DNA of 64,000 bases from a virus: IMG/VR virus record IMGVR_UViG_3300026076_000002; one strand, given 5' to 3'. The position numbers and the translations under genes were made by a program. This document shows positions 22,801 through 30,753 of this stretch, in pieces; positions within the stretch are counted from its first letter, which is position 1, and every line of letters begins with the position of its first letter. The notes under the pieces were generated by a model that made no database searches, was not told the origin of the DNA, and saw nothing but the letters and a program-made list of their open reading frames with translations.

Positions 22801-23901
22801 AATCCAGGATTTGCAATCATTGGAGATGAAGTTTTAGCATATACTGGTGTTACTCTTAATACTTTAACAGGTATTACTACACGTGGTATTGATGGTACTA
22901 TACCTAGAACATACAATTCTGATACTCCTATTCAGAAGTATGAGGCAGCAGGTATCTCACTAAGAAAGATTAATACCGAGCATTCATTTGCTAATGTCAC
23001 AAATAACATTGTAGACAAGATTAATCTTGATTCTTATGTTCTGAAGATTGATGGAGATAAGACATTTGATACCAACTACAAAGGTGGTGGTACTGATGTA
23101 CGTGCTTCTCAAAATATTCAGTATGATTCATTAACATCATTCTTAAATTATAGTGTACCAGATGCTACTGAGGTTTCAGGTCAGGTAAGGACAACTACTG
23201 CCACTAGCGTTAGTGGATCAGAAGGATCCTTTAATGATAATGGATATCAAGCAATTTCACTAAATGGTGAAACTGTATTCTCTAAACCACAGATGGTTGC
23301 ATCTAGAGTTAATGAACTTGCTAAGTTAGAAGACCAGCCAGGTGCTAAGTCATTTACCTTAGAGGTATCATTATCAACCACAGATGAAAACGTATCACCT
23401 GTAGTCAACGTATTTGAAAGTTACATTGCTACCAAGTCACATAGAGTTAATGCTCCTATTGCTGACTACACACTTGATAAGCGAGTTAATCTTGATGTAG
23501 ATGATCCACATGATTACAATTATGTGACCAAGACCATTACACTTGAAAACCCTGCTACATCACTGAAGGTATTGATGGGTGCATATAGACCACCTGATTC
23601 TGAAATCAGAGTTCTCTATAGGTTACAAAGAGTTGACGGATCTGAAATAGACAAGGTATTCTCACTCTTCCCTGGATATGATAACATGGATGTGAACGGT
23701 AAGATCATTAGTGCTAAGAGCAATAGTGGATTACCAGATCGCAATATTTCTCCATCACTAACTAACCAATTCACGGAGTATGAGTGGAGTGTAAATGATC
23801 TACCACAATTCAGTGGTTTCCAAGTTAAGGTAGAATGTATTTCTACTAATCAGGCAGATCCAATACAGGTCATAGACTTTAGAACGATAGCATTAGCATG
23901 A
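16834..23901 (+). CDS. VrlC-like (DUF4815-type) virion structural protein (2355 aa)
   Basis: MPQNTNLNVNPYFDDFD..VQARELSTLQS, ELARRTYDESGDY, DRFKSGFVVDNF and DPLAQSF motifs; follows g8 as in cyanomyophages. Confidence 0.85.
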   Translation: MPQNTNLNVNPYFDDFDKDKNFSRVLFKPGVPVQARELSTLQSILQNQVEQFGKHFFKEGSVVIPGSVAYDPNFHAVKIEQTFFGVPVELYYENIIGKTIKGKSSGITAIVKKVLPKAQSVEGETTIYVKYLKSSEQDFGTQQFLDGENLLTLEDFTYGTTTIENGSDFATCIATNATDTGSAFSVTAGVFFARGTFISVTSETLLLDQYSNTPSYRVGFYVKEEVVTAVDDESLYDNAAGYNNYTSPGADRFKISLSLYKKDLQDFQDENFIELFRVREGQTRKLINTTIYNELAKELARRTYDESGDYYVRNFDLYAKESLNDRHQKFGVYYKDEVTDQGNNPSYDLMEIQVGPGKAYVRGFEVENLGNQFIDVPKPRTTGLIEQAAVPFQAGNMIHVNNCFGAPQIGLATDEFIDLRDERLGSTKSTAAGNSIGRARIYDFKSNAAAYADNASVFDLYLFDVQTDTKLTLNQAVTVNTPAVIEGKSSGARGYLRTDAGGVVDITLHQISGSFIEDEQITINGVNDGRTISDITEYDVSSIKSVRSDNSGDIFAADTELVVKHNFGAQGFTITAASGSESTVTSGVKGWKSHAKVGDIIAYQSDGGDAIAFNRVKEISATGQSLTVEAVESVTNVCLGALPTSALTGVNLQVMGPRFDLSKSAYLYADMPREFIESIDLTSSDIFVRKTEDGLATNSQGVLDLPSLSGGDFVYAAFDEERYVLHYSDGSIEPLTPDQFTMGANAKSATISGLTASQTGVEAIVTLQKGKVSSKTKTLKRCQSLVVNKSKYNHSGITTGITDGLDFNPSYGLRVQDNEISLNVPDVIKVHGVFESSGPGDATVPSLVLNSLNGPNANVDDIFVGEIIVGKKSGASAIVVAKTGTSQVYIVNKNKYVFKETEDIEFLESGVTGNVGESNLGDRNILNAFTLDNGQRTDYYDFSRLIRKRGQLEPSKRLTIFYDVYVIDSLDNGDIITVNSYGKENYEFNVPSFQGRRNTDILDFRPRVANYTGSKSPFEFEARDFSSGGQIPNVIVSDENCLFDYNYYQPRIDRLYVNKNKTFTVNQGEPSDKPVAPEKIDTSFELATIVYKPYVIDVTKDVVIQLKANRRYTMKDIGGLEDRIENLEYYTSLSLLESKTESLLIQDPDTGLDRFKSGFVVDNFDTKQLSDTEPKHDVASGVLVPQRYFDTVDLLVGSESLIGATGTPDLSVDPRYAQDLGSPNITKDNNNVMLSYSETDDRVQPFASRVENINPYTVFDWKGVMTLNPESDVFIRSESVSSDGGFGFNNTTITTERNITDMRSQNIAFTASRLKPGTEHFASFSNVDLSGERALVVPKYLEVTPVQGAFQIGETIIGKAIGTQDSNSIADIRFRLAQPNHKDGPFNAPSLTLAKSPYSDTTLAASYSDTSTILNIDINSLNQKSDERFYGFVTVGMQLVGETTGAEATISAVRLISDSNGALLGSIHLPPDNPSFENGTNTAVLVSTKANDKIPGRKTSSATANFTSRGTLVTETTIVRTAPPPPPPPIIIIIEPPAPPDPPPPPPPPEPEIEDDDDPLAQSFQVEEPNGIFMTSVDLYFQSKGATAPVELRIVTLENGYPTRKMMKNASVTLEPEAIEVSNDASVLTNFKFPNPIYLPSGEYAFVVITTTDEYNLWISQVGEEDIKTRNLPELQKVIIDKQPTLGSLFKAQNASTWTASQLEDLKYTSHKAKFVTETAAFRLYNPELRTFADRNRLKENPIDIFSKRITLGLTSSITYANNPDIVVGTQIKQENRSSTGFVERVNGPMGLHDTGINITKAGIGYSAGTYGSVNFITKTGSGTGAVGIVTVSAGGITKVCVTNSGTGYNVGDTLTAELGTTGANSVLTVGVVTATNQLVLANCEGVDFNSSDQLQYVVESSGATNTLTSIVPATINVNSDEFDGKHFRVSHDNHGMHAENNRVEIIGVSGDSIPTKITAGYAVSSTDAIGIGNSMGFNWFEGAQVEPSNPGFAIIGDEVLAYTGVTLNTLTGITTRGIDGTIPRTYNSDTPIQKYEAAGISLRKINTEHSFANVTNNIVDKINLDSYVLKIDGDKTFDTNYKGGGTDVRASQNIQYDSLTSFLNYSVPDATEVSGQVRTTTATSVSGSEGSFNDNGYQAISLNGETVFSKPQMVASRVNELAKLEDQPGAKSFTLEVSLSTTDENVSPVVNVFESYIATKSHRVNAPIADYTLDKRVNLDVDDPHDYNYVTKTITLENPATSLKVLMGAYRPPDSEIRVLYRLQRVDGSEIDKVFSLFPGYDNMDVNGKIISAKSNSGLPDRNISPSLTNQFTEYEWSVNDLPQFSGFQVKVECISTNQADPIQVIDFRTIALA

Positions 23902-24092
23902 AGAAACTGAAGGTTGCCGACTCAAAGTCCCTTTATAGGGACGATGAGACGGGGGCGATTATTAATAGTGACAAAGAAGGTTATGATAAGTATATGGCAC
24001 AAAAAGTATACAGAGAAGATCAGAAAGCAGAACTAGATAACCTTAGATCAGAACTAGATGAGTTGAAGAGACTGATAAATAAAATTACATAG
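23898..24092 (+). CDS. small conserved cyanophage protein with C-terminal coiled coil
   Basis: LYRDDETGAIIN motif; ATGA overlap with the upstream gene. Confidence 0.75.
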   Translation: MKKLKVADSKSLYRDDETGAIINSDKEGYDKYMAQKVYREDQKAELDNLRSELDELKRLINKIT

Positions 24093-24103
24093 GAAATAGT
24101 TTA

Positions 24104-24442
24104 GTGTCAGTTCCAGTAATTAACATAGTACTTGAACAGGGAACAGATTTTTCAAGGGTTTATAACTTGAAAAGATCTGATGGTAACCCATTGGATTTAT
24201 CTAACTATTCATTTGAAGCAAAGATGAAAAAGTGGCCTGGTGCTGCTGGTGCTATTTCATTTGCTACAACATACAATGCTGATCCATCTTTGGGTCAGAT
24301 TACAATGTCATTAGATAATGCTTCTACTGGTATTATTACTTCTGGTAGATATAATTATGACATTGTGTTGAATAATCTTAACAATAACATCAAAACCAAA
24401 GTAATAACAGGACAAGCAACTGTAAATTCTACGGTAACTTGA
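24104..24442 (+). CDS. small structural/adaptor protein (BppU-like beta-sandwich)
   Basis: NIVLEQGTDF..DLSNY..GRYNYDIVL pattern; GATAAATA late box at 24074-24081. Confidence 0.65.
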   Translation: MSVPVINIVLEQGTDFSRVYNLKRSDGNPLDLSNYSFEAKMKKWPGAAGAISFATTYNADPSLGQITMSLDNASTGIITSGRYNYDIVLNNLNNNIKTKVITGQATVNSTVT

Positions 24443-24443
24443 A

Positions 24444-24818
24444 ATGGATGACATCGTTGTCACATCGGAAAATGGTAACGGATTCAACGTTACTAACGTT
24501 ATCGTGGAAGATGATGGTGGAATTTCTGTTACTGTTGGTGCAGCAGGTGGTGGTGTTTCAGGAGTTGGTGACGTGCAAAAATTAACCGAACTACTAGATG
24601 TAGACTCAAGCAATTTGTCTACAAGCACTAACAAATTTGTCCTGACGTATGATTCAGGAGATAGTAAGTTTAAATTTATAAATCCAGATGACGTAATTGA
24701 CAGTGCTGTTGGTATATCAACTACCGATCCAACACCTTCTGGACTAAGCGATGATACAATAGATTACCTAGATGACGTGTTAGATAATAAGATCGATCTT
24801 GATGCTGGAGAATGGTAA
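24444..24818 (+). CDS. acidic fibre-associated protein ending in DLDAGEW
   Basis: LTELLDVD..FVLTYD fibre-type motif; lies just before the long fibre gene. Confidence 0.65.
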   Translation: MDDIVVTSENGNGFNVTNVIVEDDGGISVTVGAAGGGVSGVGDVQKLTELLDVDSSNLSTSTNKFVLTYDSGDSKFKFINPDDVIDSAVGISTTDPTPSGLSDDTIDYLDDVLDNKIDLDAGEW

Positions 24819-24827
24819 GCGTAATTT

Positions 24828-24835
24828 ACTAAATA
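24828..24835 (+). promoter_or_regulatory. putative late promoter
   Basis: ACTAAATA in the intergenic gap before the fibre gene. Confidence 0.6.
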
Positions 24836-24868
24836 TAAATGAAGAAATAATACCCTACTCTTATAAGA

Positions 24869-27800
24869 ATGGCTGCTCCAGTAATTCAATTTAAGAGAGG
24901 TCTGTTTGCCAACCTACCAGGACTCCGTGCAGGTGAGCCTGGTTTTACCACGGACAAATACGATCTCTATGTCGGAATAGACTCGACATCATCAAATAAT
25001 AAATTTTTTGGATCTCATCGATATTGGACAAAGGAAGAGGCTGCTGCTGGTTCTGCTGTCAACCTTGTTGAAGGTTCTGGCAATGGATCTAACTACATCA
25101 GTTTAAAGTCTCCTGCAAGTCTAGCCGAGAATTTAACACTAACTTTTCCATCGACAATAACCACAGACGGATATCTGAAGGTTGCTGCTGATGGAACTTT
25201 AACATGGGACGACACCCTAGATGCAACCAGAGTTAACTCGGTTGGTGTAGGTACTGTCGCATTTTTACAATCAACTACAGTAAATGTCTCTTCAGCAGCT
25301 ACCATTGGTGGTACTCTGACTGCAAGCGGAGGTGTAACTGGAGACCTTACTGGAGATGTCACTGGTGACGTAACTGGAGATGTCACTGGAGACCTTACTG
25401 GTGATGTAACAGGTAATGTAACTGGAAACCTAACAGGTAATGTAACCTCAACAGGTGACAATTCCTTTGGTCAGATTACATCAAACCAGATTAATAATTC
25501 TGGTATCGTTACAACTTCAGCAGTCCATTTGGGTACTGAAGGAAATGCGTTAAGATTAACTACAAGTACTATATCAGGTCCATCTACATTAACACTTGAC
25601 CCTGCTGGTGTTGGAGATAACACAGGTACGGTTGTTATTGCTGGTGACCTTCAAGTTGATGGTACACAAACAATCGTTAACTCAACAACAGTTAACGTAA
25701 CAGATAAGAACATTCAATTATCCACAGGTGCAGCAAACGATGCTGCTGCTGATGGTGCTGGTATTACTGCTGACTCTGGAGATGGTGATAAGACCTTCCA
25801 GTTTGAAGCAACTGGCGACAACTGGGGTTCATCTGAAAACATTAACCTTGCTTCAGGTAAGGTACTTAAAGTTGCTAACACAGAAATCCTTTCAGGAACT
25901 GCTTTAGCCGCTGCTGTTGATGTCTCACTAGAGTCACTTGATATTGACGGTGCTACCGCTATCGGTGCTGACCTAGAGAACGAAGACTTATTCATCGTTG
26001 ATGATGGTGCTGGTGGTACTAACAGAAAGATTAGTGCTGAAGACATCAAGGATTACATGCTTGGTGGTGGTGCTGGTGCAAACTTTGCTGCAATAAACGT
26101 AAGTGGTATTTCAACAGTTGCATTTACAAAGGCAACAACATTAACTGTTGGTGCTGGTGCAACAGTTACTGGAGCATTGGACGTAGATGGAGGTGCTAAC
26201 ATAGCATCTGGTCTAACTGTTACTGGTGGTGCTACAGTAAACTCATTAGGAGTTACTGATTTAACATCTGGTAGAGTCGTACTAGCAGGTACATCAGGAG
26301 AATTAGAGGACAGTGGAAACCTAACATTTAGTTCTGGTACTCTTGCTGTTACTGGTGACGCAACAGTCAGCAATGACCTAACAGTTTCTGGTAACCTTGT
26401 AGTTGATGGTACAACAACCACAATTAACAGTACTACTGTAAGTGTTGATGATAAGAACATTGAACTTGGTTCAACTGCTTCTCCTACAGATGCTTCTGCC
26501 GATGGTGGTGGTATAACTCTGAAGGGTACATCAGACAAGACATTTAACTGGGTAGATTCTACTGATGCTTGGACATCTTCAGAGAAGATGGATCTTGCTA
26601 CTGGTAAGGACTACAACATTGGTGAAACATCAGTTCTTAATGCTACTACTCTTGGTTCAGGAGTTGTTAACTCTAGTTTAACTAGCGTTGGTACTCTTGG
26701 AAGTTTGACTGTATCAGGTGGAATTACTGGAGACTTAACTGGTGACGTAACTGGTGATATCACTGGTTCTCTTGCTGGTGCTACTGCTGGAACTCTTCCA
26801 CTTTCTGCTATCGACATAGATGGTGGTACTGATATCGGTGCTGACATCGTTGATGCTGATGAATTTATTGTAGATGATAGTGGTAACGGTACTAACAGAA
26901 AGGTAGACGCTTCAAGGATAAAAGATTATGTCCTAGGTGGTGGAGACGGTGCTACTTTCACAGCAATCAATGTAACTGGTATCAGTACTGTTGCTTATGT
27001 TGATGCAACACAACTTAAAGTATCTGGAATCACTACATTCAGTGGAGCAGTTAATGCTAACGGTGGTGCTACAGTCCAAGGTGGAGAACTAACTGCTTCT
27101 TCTGCAACTGTTCAAGACTTAACAGACAACCGTGTTGTTATTGCTGGTACAGGTGGTGCTCTTGAAGACAGTGGAAATCTAACCTTTGATGGTTCGACTC
27201 TTGCTGTTACTGGTGCTCAGACATTAAGTGGAGATTTAACTGCTAGTTCAGACGTAAATGTAACTGGTGGATTAGATGTAGACGGTGCTACTACCTTAGA
27301 CGGACTAACCGTTGCTGAAGCTTCAACCTTCAATGCTGCTATAACAGCAAGTGGTGGAGTTGTTGGTGACGTAACTGGAGATCTAACTGGTGACGTAACT
27401 GGAGACGTGACTGGTGATCTTACTGGTAACGTGACTGGTAATGTAACTGGAGACGTAACTGGTGATGTAACTGGAGACCTCACTGGAGACGTAACAGGTT
27501 CAATTTCTGGAGGAACAGTTGCTGGTTCAACTGGTACATTCTCTGGTAATGTTTCAGGTAATCAGTTTGCTACTGGTGCTTCTGGTTCTGCTCTGATTGT
27601 TACATCAGACAGTATCACAGGTCCTGCAACATTCTATCTTGACCCTGCTGGAGTAGGTGATAACACAGGTAGAGTTATAATTAAGGGTGATTTACAGGTT
27701 GACGGTACACAAACAATCGTTAACTCAACATCAGTTACTGTTGATGACCTCAACGTAATGCTTGCTGATGGTGCTGCTAATGATGCTGCTGCTAACGGTG

Positions 27801-29608
27801 GTGGTATTACAGTTCAATCAGGTGACGGAAATAAGACATGGCAATATTCATCATCAGGCGATAACTTCACATCATCTGAGAACATTGACATTCAGTCAGG
27901 TAAAGTTCTTAAGATAGACAATACAGAAGTTCTAAGTGGTACTGAACTTTCTTCATCAATTACTGTTGATGCTGCTTCTGTTGATATTGACGGTGCTACC
28001 GATATCGGTGCTGACATCGTTGATGCTGATTTACTACTAATCGATGACGGTGCTGGTGGTACTAACAGAAAGACCACAGTTGCACGTGTTAAAGACTACG
28101 TATTAGGCGGTGGACAGGGTGCTAACTTCAGTGCCATTAACGTATCTGGAATGACAACATCCCAGAGTGTTGATGCTGAACAGTTAGACGTATCTGGTAT
28201 ATCATCACTTGGTCAGGTTTCTGCTAACACAATTAATGTTACAGGAGTTGCTACTGCTTCTGACTTCAGAGCAGCAAGTATTAAGAAAGTTGACGGTGGA
28301 TTAATTCCTCTAGTTGGTGTTTCTTCTGCTACTCACGCTGGTATTGTTACTGCATTTAAGTTCAACGGTACTGGACTTGAAAACTTTGTTGTTGAAGAAG
28401 AGATGGCAACCATCACCATTAGTGGTGTTGCTGCATCGACTTACACAACAAACCAGACAATAACTGCTGTACAGAACCAAACAACATTTACGTTCGGTGC
28501 TGGATACACAGACGGATTCGTTGATGTATACTTGAACGGTGTTCGCCTAGTTACAGGTACTGACTACACAGCATCAGATGGAGCAACAGTTGTTCTTGCA
28601 TCTGGATCAAATGCTGGTGATGAAGTTGAAATCGTATCATTTAAAGAACTTGGAGATCTAATCCATGTTCAATCAATTAAGACTGCTGGTGATCTTACAG
28701 TTTCAGGAATTGCTACTGCAACAGGATTCAGTGGTAACTTGACTGGTGTTGCTGTAACTGCAACAAACTTTACTGGTGATCTAACTGGTGACACAACTGG
28801 AACACACACGGGTAACGTAACTGGTGCTGTAACTGGTAACGTAACGGGTAACTTAACTGGTGACGTAACTGGAGACGTGACTGGTGATCTAACTGGTGAC
28901 GTAACTGGAGACGTAACTGGTGATGTTACAGGTAACGTAACTGGTAACTTAACTGGTGACGTAACAGGATCTATCACAGACACAGGCGATTCTACAATCG
29001 CTTACCTTAACTCTACAACGGTTAATGTAGGTGCTGGTTTAACTGTAGGTGGTGCTCTTGATGTTAACGGTGGTTCTAGCATTACTGGTGGAGAAACAAC
29101 CTTAAGTTCTGCTACTGTATCCGATTTAACTGCTGGAAGAGTTGTTATTGCTGGAACAAGTGGTGCTCTTGAAGATGACTCAACCTTAACATACTCAGGT
29201 GGTACTCTAAGTGCAACTAACCTGAATGTCTCTGGTAACCTCACAGTTGACGGCACAACAACTCAGATTAATACAACTAACACAACCATCGAGGACGTGT
29301 TACTTGAACTTCAAGTTGTTGACGGTGGTGCTTTAGGTAGTGATACCAACAAGGACGTTGGTATTGTGATGAACTACTATGACGGATCTGCTAAGAAAGC
29401 AGCGATGTTCTGGGATGACTCTGCTGGACGCTTTGTGTTCGGTGATGAAGTCACTGAGACATCTGGAGTCATGAGTTCCATAAGTTACGCTGGTCTAGAA
29501 GTTGGTTCTCTATACTTAAATGACTGTGCTGGTGCTTCACAGGTTATCTCCTGTAGCGGTACTACACGATCACTTGAGAACATAACCATTGACGGTGGAT
29601 CGTTCTAA
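24869..29608 (+). CDS. long tail/virion fibre protein (1579 aa)
   Basis: N-terminal VIQFKRG..GEPGFTTD domain; (TG[DN][VL])n repeats; duplicated modules; ends in IDGGSF. Confidence 0.85.
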   Translation: MAAPVIQFKRGLFANLPGLRAGEPGFTTDKYDLYVGIDSTSSNNKFFGSHRYWTKEEAAAGSAVNLVEGSGNGSNYISLKSPASLAENLTLTFPSTITTDGYLKVAADGTLTWDDTLDATRVNSVGVGTVAFLQSTTVNVSSAATIGGTLTASGGVTGDLTGDVTGDVTGDVTGDLTGDVTGNVTGNLTGNVTSTGDNSFGQITSNQINNSGIVTTSAVHLGTEGNALRLTTSTISGPSTLTLDPAGVGDNTGTVVIAGDLQVDGTQTIVNSTTVNVTDKNIQLSTGAANDAAADGAGITADSGDGDKTFQFEATGDNWGSSENINLASGKVLKVANTEILSGTALAAAVDVSLESLDIDGATAIGADLENEDLFIVDDGAGGTNRKISAEDIKDYMLGGGAGANFAAINVSGISTVAFTKATTLTVGAGATVTGALDVDGGANIASGLTVTGGATVNSLGVTDLTSGRVVLAGTSGELEDSGNLTFSSGTLAVTGDATVSNDLTVSGNLVVDGTTTTINSTTVSVDDKNIELGSTASPTDASADGGGITLKGTSDKTFNWVDSTDAWTSSEKMDLATGKDYNIGETSVLNATTLGSGVVNSSLTSVGTLGSLTVSGGITGDLTGDVTGDITGSLAGATAGTLPLSAIDIDGGTDIGADIVDADEFIVDDSGNGTNRKVDASRIKDYVLGGGDGATFTAINVTGISTVAYVDATQLKVSGITTFSGAVNANGGATVQGGELTASSATVQDLTDNRVVIAGTGGALEDSGNLTFDGSTLAVTGAQTLSGDLTASSDVNVTGGLDVDGATTLDGLTVAEASTFNAAITASGGVVGDVTGDLTGDVTGDVTGDLTGNVTGNVTGDVTGDVTGDLTGDVTGSISGGTVAGSTGTFSGNVSGNQFATGASGSALIVTSDSITGPATFYLDPAGVGDNTGRVIIKGDLQVDGTQTIVNSTSVTVDDLNVMLADGAANDAAANGGGITVQSGDGNKTWQYSSSGDNFTSSENIDIQSGKVLKIDNTEVLSGTELSSSITVDAASVDIDGATDIGADIVDADLLLIDDGAGGTNRKTTVARVKDYVLGGGQGANFSAINVSGMTTSQSVDAEQLDVSGISSLGQVSANTINVTGVATASDFRAASIKKVDGGLIPLVGVSSATHAGIVTAFKFNGTGLENFVVEEEMATITISGVAASTYTTNQTITAVQNQTTFTFGAGYTDGFVDVYLNGVRLVTGTDYTASDGATVVLASGSNAGDEVEIVSFKELGDLIHVQSIKTAGDLTVSGIATATGFSGNLTGVAVTATNFTGDLTGDTTGTHTGNVTGAVTGNVTGNLTGDVTGDVTGDLTGDVTGDVTGDVTGNVTGNLTGDVTGSITDTGDSTIAYLNSTTVNVGAGLTVGGALDVNGGSSITGGETTLSSATVSDLTAGRVVIAGTSGALEDDSTLTYSGGTLSATNLNVSGNLTVDGTTTQINTTNTTIEDVLLELQVVDGGALGSDTNKDVGIVMNYYDGSAKKAAMFWDDSAGRFVFGDEVTETSGVMSSISYAGLEVGSLYLNDCAGASQVISCSGTTRSLENITIDGGSF
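25333..25458 (+). repeat. 12-bp tandem repeat encoding TG[DN][VL]
   Basis: Array of actggtgacgta/actggagacctt-type units. Confidence 0.9.
27355..27498 (+). repeat. 12-bp tandem repeat encoding TG[DN][VL]
   Basis: About 11 consecutive 4-aa units. Confidence 0.9.
28735..28968 (+). repeat. 12-bp tandem repeat encoding TG[DN][VL]
   Basis: Longest array, e.g. actggtgacgtaactggagacgtgactggtgatcta. Confidence 0.9.
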
Positions 29609-29634
29609 AAGACGCTCATAAAACTCACATATAT

Positions 29635-29660
29635 AAGGGGACTACACAGTCCCCTTTTTT
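29635..29660 (+). terminator. intrinsic terminator after the fibre gene
   Basis: aaggggact-acac-agtcccctt followed by a T run. Confidence 0.85.
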
Positions 29661-29663
29661 ATT

Positions 29664-30011
29664 ATGGATCCAGAAGTACAAGCATTATTAAACGTATATC
29701 AGAAACGTTTGAGTGATTCACAAGCACAGTCTATTGCATATGAAGCAAAGATAATGGTGTTGAATACTCAGATACAGCAGATGGGAGAAACAATAACTCA
29801 ATTACAATCAGCACCCCCACCCCCACCAGTACCAGCACCAGTTGCAGTAAGTAGGAGTCCTATTATGCAACCAGAACCTGAACCTACACCTGAACCACCA
29901 AAGGTTAAGGCAGTACCTGCATCTAAGGCAAAGAAAGCACCTAAGAGTAGGACGTTAAGAAATCAAAAACCTGCTGCGAAGAGTGCTGCTGCTAATGCTG
30001 GAGAATTTTAA
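29664..30011 (+). CDS. coiled-coil + Pro/Lys-rich protein ending in NAGEF
   Basis: Heptad-like N-terminal half, then PPPPPVP/EPEPTPEPP, then a basic tail. Confidence 0.7.
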   Translation: MDPEVQALLNVYQKRLSDSQAQSIAYEAKIMVLNTQIQQMGETITQLQSAPPPPPVPAPVAVSRSPIMQPEPEPTPEPPKVKAVPASKAKKAPKSRTLRNQKPAAKSAAANAGEF

Positions 30012-30753
30012 AGAAGAACAATTAATATTTTACGTAGCAATACCTGGCAGTGGTTGGTCAAAACTATCACTGCTACTATCTTGCTGTAAAAAATTAAATC
30101 TTAATAATACTGACAGGTCTATAGAAAGACAGGAATGTGGTAAGAATGGAGTACCTGAAATAATACATCATAAAGGTGCTTACTGGGATCCTATGATGGA
30201 GTTTGGTGATGGGTTTGATGATATTGGTAAGAACTATACTAAGCAAGAGTTTATAGAGGAATGCTTAAAACCATTTAAAGAACATGATGATAGGAACTAT
30301 CTTATCAGATCTCATTTCTTTGCCGAGACTCATAACCTTAATTGGTTAACAGAGAACTTCCCTAACAATAAGATTATATGTGTTCTTAGAGAAAGGCAGT
30401 TAAGTTTAGAAGGTTGGTATTCTGGTATGACCTTTACTGGCAACTATCCTCAGTACAAAGCATGGATGGAATGGGAGCATAGACATGATGATGACCACCC
30501 ATCACATAAAAAGAAACTATGGTCTTTGATACAAAGACATGATAAGATGTTAAGGCAATGGGTATTGGAAAATGATAGTAGGGTATATGTAATAAATCCT
30601 AATAGAAGATTCTTAAATGATCTAGACTATTCTTGGGATAGAGAAGGCATAGAAGAATATAATAAACTGATGCTAATACACCAGTTTTATAAATGTGATT
30701 ATCCACATTACGATTCACCTTTTGTATTATACAACTGTAACGACTTATGGTAA
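29995..30753 (+). CDS. sulfotransferase-fold protein A
   Basis: IFYVAIPGSGWSKL (5'-PSB-like loop), LIRSH, IICVLRE (3'-PB-like); paralog of the next gene; ATG start at 29995 chosen. Confidence 0.6.
   Translation: MLENFKEEQLIFYVAIPGSGWSKLSLLLSCCKKLNLNNTDRSIERQECGKNGVPEIIHHKGAYWDPMMEFGDGFDDIGKNYTKQEFIEECLKPFKEHDDRNYLIRSHFFAETHNLNWLTENFPNNKIICVLRERQLSLEGWYSGMTFTGNYPQYKAWMEWEHRHDDDHPSHKKKLWSLIQRHDKMLRQWVLENDSRVYVINPNRRFLNDLDYSWDREGIEEYNKLMLIHQFYKCDYPHYDSPFVLYNCNDLW

Noticed and set aside
25333-28968. Short tandem repeats as a possible CRISPR array or DGR template/variable pair
   Set aside because: They are in-frame 12-bp coding repeats without unique spacers; there is no adenine-specific mismatch pattern and no cas or reverse transcriptase gene in the window
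25093-29256. Many minus-strand ORFs (PVTS repeats) inside the fibre gene, and similar antisense ORFs across the structural genes
   Set aside because: They are shadows of the + strand codon bias and repeats, with no start signals or independent motifs
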